Below, piece by piece: positions 31,013 to 40,454 of a stretch of 64,000 nt of DNA. The position numbers were made by a program, and so were the translations under genes. The notes under the pieces were generated by a model. That model was not told where the DNA came from. It worked only from the letters and a program-made list of their open reading frames with translations, and did not search any database. The DNA is from an uncultured bacterium (GTDB lineage: Bacteria > Verrucomicrobiota > Kiritimatiellia > RFP12 > UBA1067), in NCBI GenBank assembly GCA_902761035.1, contig CACWIW010000002.1:42770-106769 (forward strand). Reading direction: 5' to 3'. Each line of letters opens with the position of its first letter. The first letter of the stretch is position 1.

Positions 31013-33145
31013 CTATCGCACAAGAACCATAATCCCGCGATGGGGGCCGAACTTCAGCGTTTTGCCGTCGCCGGAAAGCCTGTAGTGCCATTTACCCGTG
31101 TCCACGATCGTCGTGCCGTCGGCAGCGACAAGCGTAAGTATCGGCAGCGCATTGATCTGCGCCGTCGATGCCGCAATCGTCTTCGTGTTGCCGAATGTTT
31201 CCTTATTGAGCGTGTCGGCATTGAGTATGCGGATGCCCTTCCCTGACGAGAACGCGAGCGACGCCGCCGTAACGACAGGCGAGGATGCGCCTGCGAGTGT
31301 CGCGGCGTCGATCTCGAGGTCTCCGCCGGGATAGGCGCTTGTGAACGCGACTGTGCCGCCCTTCACCGTCGTCGCGCCGGAGTAGGTGTCCGCGCCGGAG
31401 AGCGTGAGCGTTCCCGAGCCAGTCTTCTGGAGTCCGCCCACGCCCGACAATACGCCGGAGAGCGTCACGTTCGCCGCCTGCGTGTCGAACGTCACGTTCG
31501 TCCCGCTCGAACCCGTCAGCGTCATGTTAAGCGGAGAGGTGAAGCCGTTTTCATGCGAAGCGCGGATCGTACCGCCGCCCAGGTTGATTTTGTATTTGCT
31601 GTGGTTGACTGTCTTTCTGGAGATTCCGTTCGCGCCGATGTTGATTTCGCCGCCGGTTAAATTCAAAGTTGACTGGCCCCCGCCATTGGTACGTGCGCAC
31701 ATACTCAGACAAGGTGTGTAAATCTCACCGCCGCACATGTTCAGCTCGCCACGCCCGTCGATCGACAGGTTGAGGTTGTTGCTGTCGCCCTCGACGATCA
31801 GGCGTCCGCCGGAGAGGTTCCAGAGAGTTGTCGCATTGGAATAATGCCCCAAACGTATTCCGTCGTACTCGGCGGTGTTGTAGTGGGAAACCGTGCGAAA
31901 CGTGCCGCCAACCTGGTTCACGATGCCGGTCATTGTTGTGGACGAAGTGGTATTGCCAGACGTAAAGTAGCCAACCGTCGTGTCGCTTCCGTCCGCAATG
32001 TTGAACGTCGAGGTAAGATTGGCGACTTGCGATGACCCCTGCATAAGATGCTTGATGCAGCCGTTCGGCGAATAGATGGTCGTTCCGTTACCGAGCGTCA
32101 CCGTGCCGCGATATACCAACATATACACATTGGAAACCAAGCAGCCATCAAAATTCACATCTACCGCGCCATCGCTTATCTGAAAGTTCTTGGTTGAAGG
32201 TGCGACCACATTCCCGCGAAACTTCACCTTCTGACTACCGTCAACTGCGAGGTTATTATTGAGCGTCACAGTGCCCGTGAAAGTCGCGGTCGAGCCGCCC
32301 TTCCCCTGACGAATGCGGGAAAACTTCTCCACCACTATGTCGTTTGGAACTGTAAGGTTTGCATAGAAGTTCAATGTTCCGCCGCGAAGATACACCTTGC
32401 CCTTAGACGGCGTGTTGCCGAGGCAGTTGGCCGTGCCCCAAGCCGTGTACTGGCCGGACTCAATGCTCACGTCACCGCCCTGCGAGTTGTTGACTGTCGA
32501 GAACGCGCTCTGTGTCGCACCCGTATATCGCAGCGTATGTCCCTGCGTGTAAACGGTGACGAAGTTCATGCGATTCTTCGCATAGATGAGCAGGTCGCCC
32601 GTCAGATACACGGTATTGAAGCCTGAATTGGCGAACTGAGTTCCCGTGTTCAGGATTGCACCTGTTCCGTCCGTGCCGGTTCCCTCTGCGTACACGACGG
32701 GCAAGAAGTGCCCTGTCGAGTTGTTGATGCATCCATTGAAGTCGATAGCCGCACCGTCCGCTATCGTAATCGTCCCCGTACCTAGTTGATTCCTGTTCGC
32801 CGATCCGCCCAGCTTGAGTTTGCCGCCGGCGCTGACAAGCGTACCGCCTGTGTAGGGGCGCGTAACAGTGGAGAGCGTGAGCGTTCCTGTGCCGGACTTC
32901 ACGAGCTTCAACTTGCCACCAAGGACGCCAGCGTACGTCTGATCGGTCGAAATGTCGAACGTCAGCGTCGCCAAGGTGGCGGAAGAGTTCGTCACGCCCT
33001 CGTCGTATGACGCGAGGTCCGCGACATCCGTCACGGTCCTGTCCGCGCCCGCGAGGTCGAGCGCCGCCGCGAACGACTTTGCCGCCAGCGCGGTTGCCGC
33101 GATTGCCGCCGCAGAGACGACGGCTTTCCATGTATGGTTTGTCAT
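31013..33145 (-). CDS. Secreted protein with autotransporter-associated beta-strand (PATR) repeats, no beta-barrel, ending GIMVLVR
   Basis: LVKSGTGTLTLS..YTGGTLVSAG and GLQKTGSGTLTLSGADTYSGATTVKGGT; start MTNHTWKA after AAGGAG. Confidence 0.8.
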   Translation of the reverse strand: MTNHTWKAVVSAAAIAATALAAKSFAAALDLAGADRTVTDVADLASYDEGVTNSSATLATLTFDISTDQTYAGVLGGKLKLVKSGTGTLTLSTVTRPYTGGTLVSAGGKLKLGGSANRNQLGTGTITIADGAAIDFNGCINNSTGHFLPVVYAEGTGTDGTGAILNTGTQFANSGFNTVYLTGDLLIYAKNRMNFVTVYTQGHTLRYTGATQSAFSTVNNSQGGDVSIESGQYTAWGTANCLGNTPSKGKVYLRGGTLNFYANLTVPNDIVVEKFSRIRQGKGGSTATFTGTVTLNNNLAVDGSQKVKFRGNVVAPSTKNFQISDGAVDVNFDGCLVSNVYMLVYRGTVTLGNGTTIYSPNGCIKHLMQGSSQVANLTSTFNIADGSDTTVGYFTSGNTTSSTTMTGIVNQVGGTFRTVSHYNTAEYDGIRLGHYSNATTLWNLSGGRLIVEGDSNNLNLSIDGRGELNMCGGEIYTPCLSMCARTNGGGQSTLNLTGGEINIGANGISRKTVNHSKYKINLGGGTIRASHENGFTSPLNMTLTGSSGTNVTFDTQAANVTLSGVLSGVGGLQKTGSGTLTLSGADTYSGATTVKGGTVAFTSAYPGGDLEIDAATLAGASSPVVTAASLAFSSGKGIRILNADTLNKETFGNTKTIAASTAQINALPILTLVAADGTTIVDTGKWHYRLSGDGKTLKFGPHRGIMVLVR

Positions 33146-33379
33146 GCTGTTTCTCCTTTTGCTGTTGCCCTTGCGGGTGGTTAGTTTAAGATTGAGTGTG
33201 AAACTCTTGCTGTTGTACGCTTGCTGTCGTGCGCGGGAAAACAACAAGCGTACGACAACAAGATGTGCGCGGACGGGCAAGCCCCCAAGATGGCGACTTT
33301 ACCAGTCAATGGGCACGAAACCTTTTGTCCGCTAAAAACCATAAGTGGTATTTTAACCGTAAACTAAGCGGTTTGTCAA

Positions 33380-34471
33380 TTACAAAGATAGATTATTTTC
33401 GTTTCGAACCGTAATATCACGTCGCGGAACGGGTGGGTGACGGGTGCGGGGAACCGCCAGTGGCAACAGTCCAAGACTGCAGGAACGCTTAATCGACTTC
33501 ACCAAAACACTTACGATGATCGTTGGATCCCACTTCGTGTGGACAAACGACAGCAAATCCGCTTCGTCGGGCATGTTGTATTCATCAAGTTCATACGGTT
33601 TCAAATACCCCCCGCGCAACGTCTCCTCGTCAGTACACCATGCATCTTCGTTCTTGGAATAATCTTCATCCGGCTGCTCCAATACGCGCAGACGCCACCA
33701 TCTGATCATCCCGCGATAGATGATCACGGGAGGATATCCGTTACGCATCAGGATGAAGTTGACCACCATGTATGCCGTGCGCTCAAGCTGTTTGCTGTAT
33801 GGCTTCAGGGCGAGGAAGCGCACGAAGAAGTCCGCAGCCAGCCAGACGGGGTGTTTCTTGAGCGACCGGACGCGCTCCACGCACTTTTTCACGCACTTGC
33901 GTCCCTTCATAGGCTCGCGGTAGTTCGGATCGCCGCACAAGAGCAGTCCGTGCAGCTGTTCCACGAACCGCACCGAAAGCCATCGCCTTTCCTTCAGTGC
34001 CGCCATAATGAAATTTATCGCGAGCTGGTGGTACTCCACGTCCTTCCGCTCGCACTTCGGCTTGCCTTCAACCGCCCGTCCCGACAGTATCTCGCATACT
34101 TCGCCGAAGTTGAAGGACGACTTTTTAAGCGTGTGCAGATGGTACGCCGACCCGCGAACGAAGTATTCTAGAGCGTCATCTGGATTGCCGAACCCCGCTT
34201 CCCGCGCATCGCGCACGGCGGCGTCGGCGTAGCGCAGGTGATTTGCAAGGTGCGTTGGGATTTGAGCCCCCCGGTGCTGGCGTCCGTCAGGCGGCCTCAC
34301 GGCAATCGTGGGAATCGTCCATACGCCATCAATAGGCTTCGCGGCGTACACCTTGCCTTCGCGGCAAAGCTGCAACACGCGCCGCTTGGTCATTCCCCAG
34401 CGCTTTGCAGTCTGGGCGGCACTCTGCCGATCAGTGATTTCCGGGCGACTTTGTCTGAAATATTGTTCCAT
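33380..34471 (-). CDS. HTH-Fic-like protein with degenerate catalytic motif
   Basis: N-terminal AKRWGMTKRRVLQLCREGK..WTIP..RPPDGR HTH; HPVWLAADF..F..LKPYSKQLERTA..NFILMRNGYPPVII aligns with the Fic core; TTGCAT-N17-TATAAT upstream of ATG 34471. Confidence 0.7.
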   Translation of the reverse strand: MEQYFRQSRPEITDRQSAAQTAKRWGMTKRRVLQLCREGKVYAAKPIDGVWTIPTIAVRPPDGRQHRGAQIPTHLANHLRYADAAVRDAREAGFGNPDDALEYFVRGSAYHLHTLKKSSFNFGEVCEILSGRAVEGKPKCERKDVEYHQLAINFIMAALKERRWLSVRFVEQLHGLLLCGDPNYREPMKGRKCVKKCVERVRSLKKHPVWLAADFFVRFLALKPYSKQLERTAYMVVNFILMRNGYPPVIIYRGMIRWWRLRVLEQPDEDYSKNEDAWCTDEETLRGGYLKPYELDEYNMPDEADLLSFVHTKWDPTIIVSVLVKSIKRSCSLGLLPLAVPRTRHPPVPRRDITVRNENNLSL

Positions 34472-34853
34472 GGGCGCGGTATTATACAGCAGGTGGGAAG
34501 GATATGCAAGGGGCTTTTTAAGCACGTTGGAAGTCACACCTTTATTTCGCGCCAGAAAACCGCCCTCAAAACTCGATGTTTATACCATTATTATGCCAAA
34601 TATGGCACGATATAAAAAAAGATTAAAAAATTCATGCACGTCAGAAAAAGCGGGGTTTTTCAGTGAATATGGCTTCTATATATTTAAGAGACTTGGAGGG
34701 GCTAATAAGGCAAATGCAGCCGCATTCAACCTGAAAGCCCCAGCAACCAATCTCAACCCCAAATAGGACATCAGAGAACTCTGGTCACGTCAACAAGACG
34801 CGGCCTTGTTTTTTGTTGTCCTAAACTTTTAACCCCTAAAAAGGAAACAACAA

Positions 34854-35765
34854 ATGAACATTGACGTAAAAATGGCGGATCGGATACTTGATACCAAACT
34901 GCCGACCGCTGTAAAGCTTGTTTACATGGTAATCGTTAACCATGCCAACGCCAAATCCCGCGAGGCCTTCCCGTCGTGGGATACAATCGCGCGCAAGGCG
35001 AGCATTGGACACGGGACTGTGAGTAAGGCACTAAAGCTACTTGTGGAACGCGGTTTTGTCACAAAGTATTCCTCGCCTGGACGAAGAAGTAAAACCTACA
35101 AGCCCACAGACCCTACGTGTCCACCAGATGAACTCAACAGTCCACCAGATGAACTCAACAGTCCACCAGATGAACTTTTAAAGTCCAATAGATGTACTTT
35201 AAAAGTACACCAGATGGACACTAACATAAGAATAGAACAAAAGAAAAGAACTACTACATCAACATCTATGAACGAGGAGGATGAGGATGAGTTTACATTG
35301 ATGTTTGACGAGTTCTGGAAGGCGTACCCCGACAACTGCCCGTACAAGGCCAACAGGGAACAGTGCAAGATGAAGTACGTTGAAGTGCTGCGGACCGAGT
35401 CCGAGCCAAGGAAGTTCCACGGCTTCGTCATGGAAGCACTGGGAAGGTGGCGCAAAAGCCAGAAATGGTACGCCGAGAACGGTCGCTTCATCTGTGCACC
35501 TCTCAAATGGCTGGAGGAAAAATCGTGGGAGATCGAACCAGCGCAGAGGGTCGAGACGGAGGCGGAACAAAAAACGGAGGCAAAGCCCATAGTTCCGAAG
35601 AAGACCGACTGGCAGCTCTGCATTGAGCAGTGCAAGAACTGCACGGGCAACGGCTGCCTCAAGGGAGTGAAGGTACCGCCTGCATATAACCCAACTCGTC
35701 CATACCGGCCGGATGAGTGCGATTACTTCTCCAAGATCGGCGGCGACGTGCGGAAATCAGCCTGA
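34854..35765 (+). CDS. Phage/plasmid replication-initiator-like protein (HTH_36 N-terminus, lambda O-like)
   Basis: KLVYMVI..HAN...AFPSWDTIA...TVSKALKLLVERGFV; repeat linker; FDEFWKAYP..W...GRFI..P.KWL C-terminal domain; Cys-rich tail. Confidence 0.75.
   Translation: MNIDVKMADRILDTKLPTAVKLVYMVIVNHANAKSREAFPSWDTIARKASIGHGTVSKALKLLVERGFVTKYSSPGRRSKTYKPTDPTCPPDELNSPPDELNSPPDELLKSNRCTLKVHQMDTNIRIEQKKRTTTSTSMNEEDEDEFTLMFDEFWKAYPDNCPYKANREQCKMKYVEVLRTESEPRKFHGFVMEALGRWRKSQKWYAENGRFICAPLKWLEEKSWEIEPAQRVETEAEQKTEAKPIVPKKTDWQLCIEQCKNCTGNGCLKGVKVPPAYNPTRPYRPDECDYFSKIGGDVRKSA
35119..35219 (+). repeat. Five intragenic iteron-like repeats (GTCCA-CCAGA-TG(A/G)AC), period 21-22 bp
   Basis: Starts at 35119, 35140, 35161, 35183, 35205; followed by an A-rich tract. 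Confidence 0.85.
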
Positions 35766-35784
35766 CCCAAGTCCAATGACCTCC

Positions 35785-35938
35785 CACACTCCAGTCCAAG
35801 AGCCACTTAGACTGGAGTGTAAGGGCCCCATACACTCCAGTCTAAGACGCTCCTACACTCCAGTCTAAGACGCTCCTACACTCCAGTCTAAGGCACTCCT
35901 ACACTCCAGTCTAAGAGCCCCTTACACTCCAGTATAAC
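35785..35938. repeat. 23-bp period array of TACACTCCAGTCTAAG, seven units, second one inverted
   Basis: Direct units at 35785, 35831, 35854, 35877, 35900, 35923; inverted CTTAGACTGGAGTGTA at 35806-35821. Confidence 0.95.
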
Positions 35939-36165
35939 TACAGATACCGCCCCCACTCCGCAAGTGCGGCCTCGTTCCAGTCAGGACGCAGCAGCGCATT
36001 CGCCTCCGGTCCGTAGTGATCCCGCGCCGCATATCCGTCGCACCCGACCGCCCGGTCTCGCGCCCGCGAAGGTCGATCAGTGGCGCGTTTTTGTTGTTGA
36101 ACTTGGCGCGTTTTTGCTGTGGTCGATCTGTGGAGACTGTCCCCGTCTATTTGCTCATGTGTGCC

Positions 36166-38196
36166 TCACTCCTTGTGCTTGAGAGAGGTTATGTTGAAGG
36201 AAAGATTGCCGGGCGGGTACGAGATTCCCTTGACCGTGGCGGGCTTGCCACTCGCATTGTGAAGCACGGTCAGGAGCTTCGTGCCGTCCTTGTTCAGGAA
36301 CTCGCCGCGGACGACGCTGGGCGGAAGCGGCGACGTATCAAGTACCGTGAAGCGTCCGTCGAAGTAGAACTCGCCGTACTCCTTCAGCTTGCGGCAGCAG
36401 CGTCCGATGACATCCGCGTATGCGGGATTGGCGTCGAGCGTCCGGCGGCAGACGTACAGCTCGGCATCGTAGCGTATGCCATAGACGAGCGCGTTGCGCA
36501 GCATCCTCGCGAAGTCCCCTTCCGCATTGCGCACGCCGCGGTTCGAGACGATCACCTCGGGGAAGGTGTAGCGGAAGAGCGCGGGGAACTGCTCGGAATG
36601 CGGGTTGAGGTCCGTGAAGCCAGGAGGACCGCTGTGGACGAACTGCGTGTAGGCGGCGGCAATGTCGGTGACGACCTCGGTGGCGAGCGTCCGGCCAACG
36701 CGGTCGCAGTATTCGGCGGCGTTGCCGTAGAGCTGCCGGCGGAAGCTCCATTCCAGGTCAACGCGCGGGCCATGCTCGTGCGCACCGTTGAAGCAGGGAC
36801 AGGTCGGGTAGGCGCCAAAACAGTCGAGAAACAGGCAGTCCGGGTCGATGGCGTCGTGCATGAGCTTGATGTTCGAGAAGAGCGTGTCGCGCCAGAGCTT
36901 CGTGCCGGTGCAAGGCGCGGCAAACACGCGTGCGCCGTGCATGAAACGGAAGTCGCCGAATCCCGGATAGCCATGCGATCCGTATTGTTCGCCACCGTTG
37001 ATGGTGCGCACCAGGATGTCTTTCCCGTGCTTCTTGTAGAAGTCGCCGGTGACGTCCACGTAGTTGCAGTTGCACTCGAGAATCACGCGCCCGCCGCGCC
37101 GGCGCACCTCCGCAACGCCTTCCTTCAGTTCGCGCCATGCGCCGGGATACGGCTCCTCGTAGATCGGATAACCGAAATCCATGCCGCCCTTCCACCATGC
37201 GAACAGGAAGAGCGTGTCGATGCCGTATTTGTGCCCCGCCTCGTACATGGCGGGAAGGTCAGAGAACTTGTAGTAGTCTTCGCCGTACTGGGACTTCAAG
37301 ATGACGCGCTGCCAACCTGTCATGTTCCTGACCCAGTCCGCCTTGGGCTGGACCTTGAAGAACGCCGTGTCGGCCCAGGCGCGATAGCGTCTCGCGCCCA
37401 CGCGCCAGTCGCCGTCGAGGAGGCCCACCATGACCGGCGCGAACGTCAGCTTCTCGCCCGGACGCGCCATCGGCAGGTGGACGACACCCGGCATGAGGTC
37501 GTCGCCGTGGATCGTGTGGCGAACGACGAGGAAGCAGGTGCGCACCTGCTCGTCGTGCCGGCCGATGTAGAGGAACTTGTTCCCCGACTCGATTCCGAGC
37601 CAGCACATCGAGCATTCGGGATAGTGCAGACGCCAGACGTCCTCGTACTCGTTGTGCAGATAGTCGTGCTGCGTGAACCCCTCCATCTTGCCATACGGAT
37701 TGGGAGAGCGCTGCCCGAGCGAGCGCGGCATGTAAAGGACGTCCTTCGCCTTCTCGCCCACAAGCCCGTTGAAGGACACAAGCGGCGCGACGCATTCGTT
37801 CACGCGCACCTTGGAGCGGTTGTCGATCATGGCGGTGAACGCCAGCACGTCTCCTTCTTTCTTGATGCGCAGGGAAAAGCCGATGTCATACGTGTCGCCG
37901 TAGTCCGAAACGACGCGGTCGTAGGAAACCGTGAGCGCATCGCCTTCGCGCGTGACGCGGCCCTTCTGGGCGTGCGAGAACACGGGTATCTCGGTGCGCT
38001 CGCCGTCGTCGAGTATCAGCCGCCAGAAGTCCTTGCCCTTGGCGGTGTTGCGCGGAAAAGCGAAACGTGCGTTGGAGGCGTCGTCGTCGATTTCAAACAC
38101 CATGTTCGGCGTCTCGACTGCGAACGCAGCCGCCATCACACTCGCTACGGCGGCGAAAACAAAAGTTTTACGTCTCAAACTTACCATGCGTCTCAT
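36166..38196 (-). CDS. DUF6259-like putative glycoside hydrolase (secreted)
   Basis: Signal peptide; GDWRVGARRYRAWAD, GWQRVILKSQYG, LFLFAWW..GMDFGYP, LFLDCFG, FRYTFPEVI. Confidence 0.6.
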   Translation of the reverse strand: MRRMVSLRRKTFVFAAVASVMAAAFAVETPNMVFEIDDDASNARFAFPRNTAKGKDFWRLILDDGERTEIPVFSHAQKGRVTREGDALTVSYDRVVSDYGDTYDIGFSLRIKKEGDVLAFTAMIDNRSKVRVNECVAPLVSFNGLVGEKAKDVLYMPRSLGQRSPNPYGKMEGFTQHDYLHNEYEDVWRLHYPECSMCWLGIESGNKFLYIGRHDEQVRTCFLVVRHTIHGDDLMPGVVHLPMARPGEKLTFAPVMVGLLDGDWRVGARRYRAWADTAFFKVQPKADWVRNMTGWQRVILKSQYGEDYYKFSDLPAMYEAGHKYGIDTLFLFAWWKGGMDFGYPIYEEPYPGAWRELKEGVAEVRRRGGRVILECNCNYVDVTGDFYKKHGKDILVRTINGGEQYGSHGYPGFGDFRFMHGARVFAAPCTGTKLWRDTLFSNIKLMHDAIDPDCLFLDCFGAYPTCPCFNGAHEHGPRVDLEWSFRRQLYGNAAEYCDRVGRTLATEVVTDIAAAYTQFVHSGPPGFTDLNPHSEQFPALFRYTFPEVIVSNRGVRNAEGDFARMLRNALVYGIRYDAELYVCRRTLDANPAYADVIGRCCRKLKEYGEFYFDGRFTVLDTSPLPPSVVRGEFLNKDGTKLLTVLHNASGKPATVKGISYPPGNLSFNITSLKHKE

Positions 38197-38288
38197 CTCC
38201 AGATAACAAACGACGCGGCGAGTCCCATAACAACGGCAAGGCAGCAGAACTGAATTGCCTTTTAATAGAACTGATTCGCAACTCATCG

Positions 38289-38996
38289 CTACCGGACGAC
38301 GAGGGTCAGCCCCGTCACCGGGATTTCGATGTGCGCCGTGCGCGTGGTGTTGTTGGCAAACTTCAGCTCGACAGTCCACACGCCCCTCTTGTTGAACGTG
38401 AATGCCGATGCGCCCCTGCCAGTTTTGTTCCACGTGGTCGGCTCAAGCCCCGAACCCTCCGGCGACGTGAACGTGATCGTTGACGCCTTCGTGAGGTCGC
38501 CCTTCCAGTCGTCGCCGGAATAGGCGACGGGCGGCGCTTCGCTCCTCTTCAGCCTGCGGTCGGGGCCTTCGCCCTCGGTGTGCATTCTGCACGAGGCGTC
38601 CGTGCTCGCTTCGCGCCACTGAGAATCGAACGTGCCCCACGCGACGCCCACGAGCGCACTGCCGCCGTTCGAGTTCGCAAGCCGCCACACGCCGTCCGCG
38701 TTGAACGCGCCCGCAAGCTCGGTCGTGCCGTTCGCCGCCGCACCCGAGACCGGCGTCGTCGATGCGCCCGACGGGGACGTGAGTGTGACCGTCTCGCCCG
38801 CCCTGTACGTGACGGGCCATGTGGCGAGGTCGGCGGACGACACGGCAGCCGTGCCGCTACCCGTGCGCAGCTTGAACGTGACCGCCTCCGACGTCACGCG
38901 GATCGCCGCAGGCTCCTCTCCTTCACCGTCGCCATCCGCGAACGCCGGCATCGACACCGCACACGCCGCCGCGAATATCATGTACCATGTTTTCAT
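38289..38996 (-). CDS. Small secreted Ig-like protein ending GLTLVVR
   Basis: Signal peptide MKTWYMIFAAACAVSMPAFA; beta-rich; directly downstream of the FGE gene. Confidence 0.75.
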   Translation of the reverse strand: MKTWYMIFAAACAVSMPAFADGDGEGEEPAAIRVTSEAVTFKLRTGSGTAAVSSADLATWPVTYRAGETVTLTSPSGASTTPVSGAAANGTTELAGAFNADGVWRLANSNGGSALVGVAWGTFDSQWREASTDASCRMHTEGEGPDRRLKRSEAPPVAYSGDDWKGDLTKASTITFTSPEGSGLEPTTWNKTGRGASAFTFNKRGVWTVELKFANNTTRTAHIEIPVTGLTLVVR

Positions 38997-39017
38997 GTCG
39001 TCAACCCTCCCGTACGA

Positions 39018-40340
39018 TCAATCTTCGACGACATGGGACACGCGGAAGCCCCTGTTCCAGCCCGCGTTACTTGACGAGGAATATCGGTACGATGCACGGA
39101 ACCCCGTATCTGTCTGCGAACTGCTTGCCCCCCCAAAGCCCCTGCCAATATAATACGAGCCTGAACTGCTCGGCGTAAACGCATCCGCATTATTCGCCAT
39201 GTTACCCGATGCGACTTTGTTTCCTGCAGCATTTCTATCCCGGCACCACTCCCACACGTTGCCCGCCATGTCATATATTCCCCAGTTGTTTGGAAGAAAC
39301 GAGCCTACAGCACACGTATAGTCGCCAGGGGCGTTCATAACCGTGCCGCCGCAGTTGCTTGCACAGACACAGTAATTTGGCAAATCATCACTCGAATCAC
39401 CCCATGAATAGACGGTCGTCGCGCCCGCGCGCTGCGCGATCTCGAACATCACTTCCGTCGGCAGATCGAAGTAGAGCCCCGTCTTGAAGTTGAGCCGCTG
39501 GAAGAAAGTGCCATTACTGGAAGCAGACATGGAATCGGTGGATTGGATGTTCCCACGCACAGTTTGCCAATGAAGACGCTCCACCGGGCGATGTTCCACT
39601 ACGTCGCCGGTCTTGGCTCGCGTCATCTGCGACGGATTTGAGCCGTAGATATTCTGGTATTGTTTCTGCGTAACCAAGAACATGCCAATGTAGTAGTCCT
39701 TGGCGGTCTGCCAGTTCTTTCTGCTGTTGGTAGATGAATAGTTCACGTTGTCGCCCGTCGGGTAGCCGCCGAGGGCGGTGAGCGCACCGGCGTTGGGAAG
39801 GTCGCCATGATCCGCCCACTTCGGAACCTTGCGCAGGACAAGCTTGGAGGTTTTGTACTCGGCGACGTTGTAGCGGTTATTGGACGCCTCCTGCGTGGTC
39901 ATCAGCCCTTCGTAATAGACTTCGCCGGACGAGAGGTTGACGATCATGTAGTCGTTGCCGCTCGGGACGTTCGTGGTGAAGAGCGTGGCGGAGATCGTGC
40001 AGTCCGTCGATTTGAGGCCCGACGGCGCGGTCCACGTGACGGTGTGCTGTTTTCCGCTCGCGTCACCCTCCGCGCTCGCGCCGAGGGAGTAGCCATGCAC
40101 GAGGATGTCGCCGTGGCCCGGCACGGACACGTTGAACTCGATGCCGCAGTACACGCCCGCCGCATGGTTCTGCCCGTCGGTGACGGTGTAGGTGATGTCC
40201 ACCTTGTTGTTCCACGGCCAGCGCTGCTGGACGCTGTTGATGGCGATGCCTGCGGCATTCGCCGCCATCGGGATTGCGGCACCTGCCGCGATTGCCGCCG
40301 CCAAGATGGCGGCTTTCCCAGTCAGCTTTCTTATGTTCAT
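39018..40340 (-). CDS. Secreted FGE-sulfatase domain protein
   Basis: QRWPWNNKVDITY N-domain; FLVTQKQY, LPTEVMFEIAQRAG, PNNWGIYDMAGNVWEWC, GFRV. Confidence 0.85.
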   Translation of the reverse strand: MNIRKLTGKAAILAAAIAAGAAIPMAANAAGIAINSVQQRWPWNNKVDITYTVTDGQNHAAGVYCGIEFNVSVPGHGDILVHGYSLGASAEGDASGKQHTVTWTAPSGLKSTDCTISATLFTTNVPSGNDYMIVNLSSGEVYYEGLMTTQEASNNRYNVAEYKTSKLVLRKVPKWADHGDLPNAGALTALGGYPTGDNVNYSSTNSRKNWQTAKDYYIGMFLVTQKQYQNIYGSNPSQMTRAKTGDVVEHRPVERLHWQTVRGNIQSTDSMSASSNGTFFQRLNFKTGLYFDLPTEVMFEIAQRAGATTVYSWGDSSDDLPNYCVCASNCGGTVMNAPGDYTCAVGSFLPNNWGIYDMAGNVWEWCRDRNAAGNKVASGNMANNADAFTPSSSGSYYIGRGFGGASSSQTDTGFRASYRYSSSSNAGWNRGFRVSHVVED

Positions 40341-40454
40341 TTTGATTTTCCTTTCGGAGTTTTCCCTTGCGGGCGGGTTGATTTAAAGAGCTGACAAAGG
40401 ACATCGGACTTCTGACAACGGACGATTTGCGAAGTCCGATACCCGTTGCCAAAG

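Noticed and set aside
35785..35938. CRISPR array
   Set aside because: Linkers are only about 7 bp and near-identical; no cas genes
33380..35940. Intact prophage or ICE
   Set aside because: No integrase, terminase, structural or conjugation genes, and no att repeats recognised
15351..40340. Complete DGR in the window
   Set aside because: No reverse transcriptase and no template repeat found; the two FGE C-termini are not near-identical
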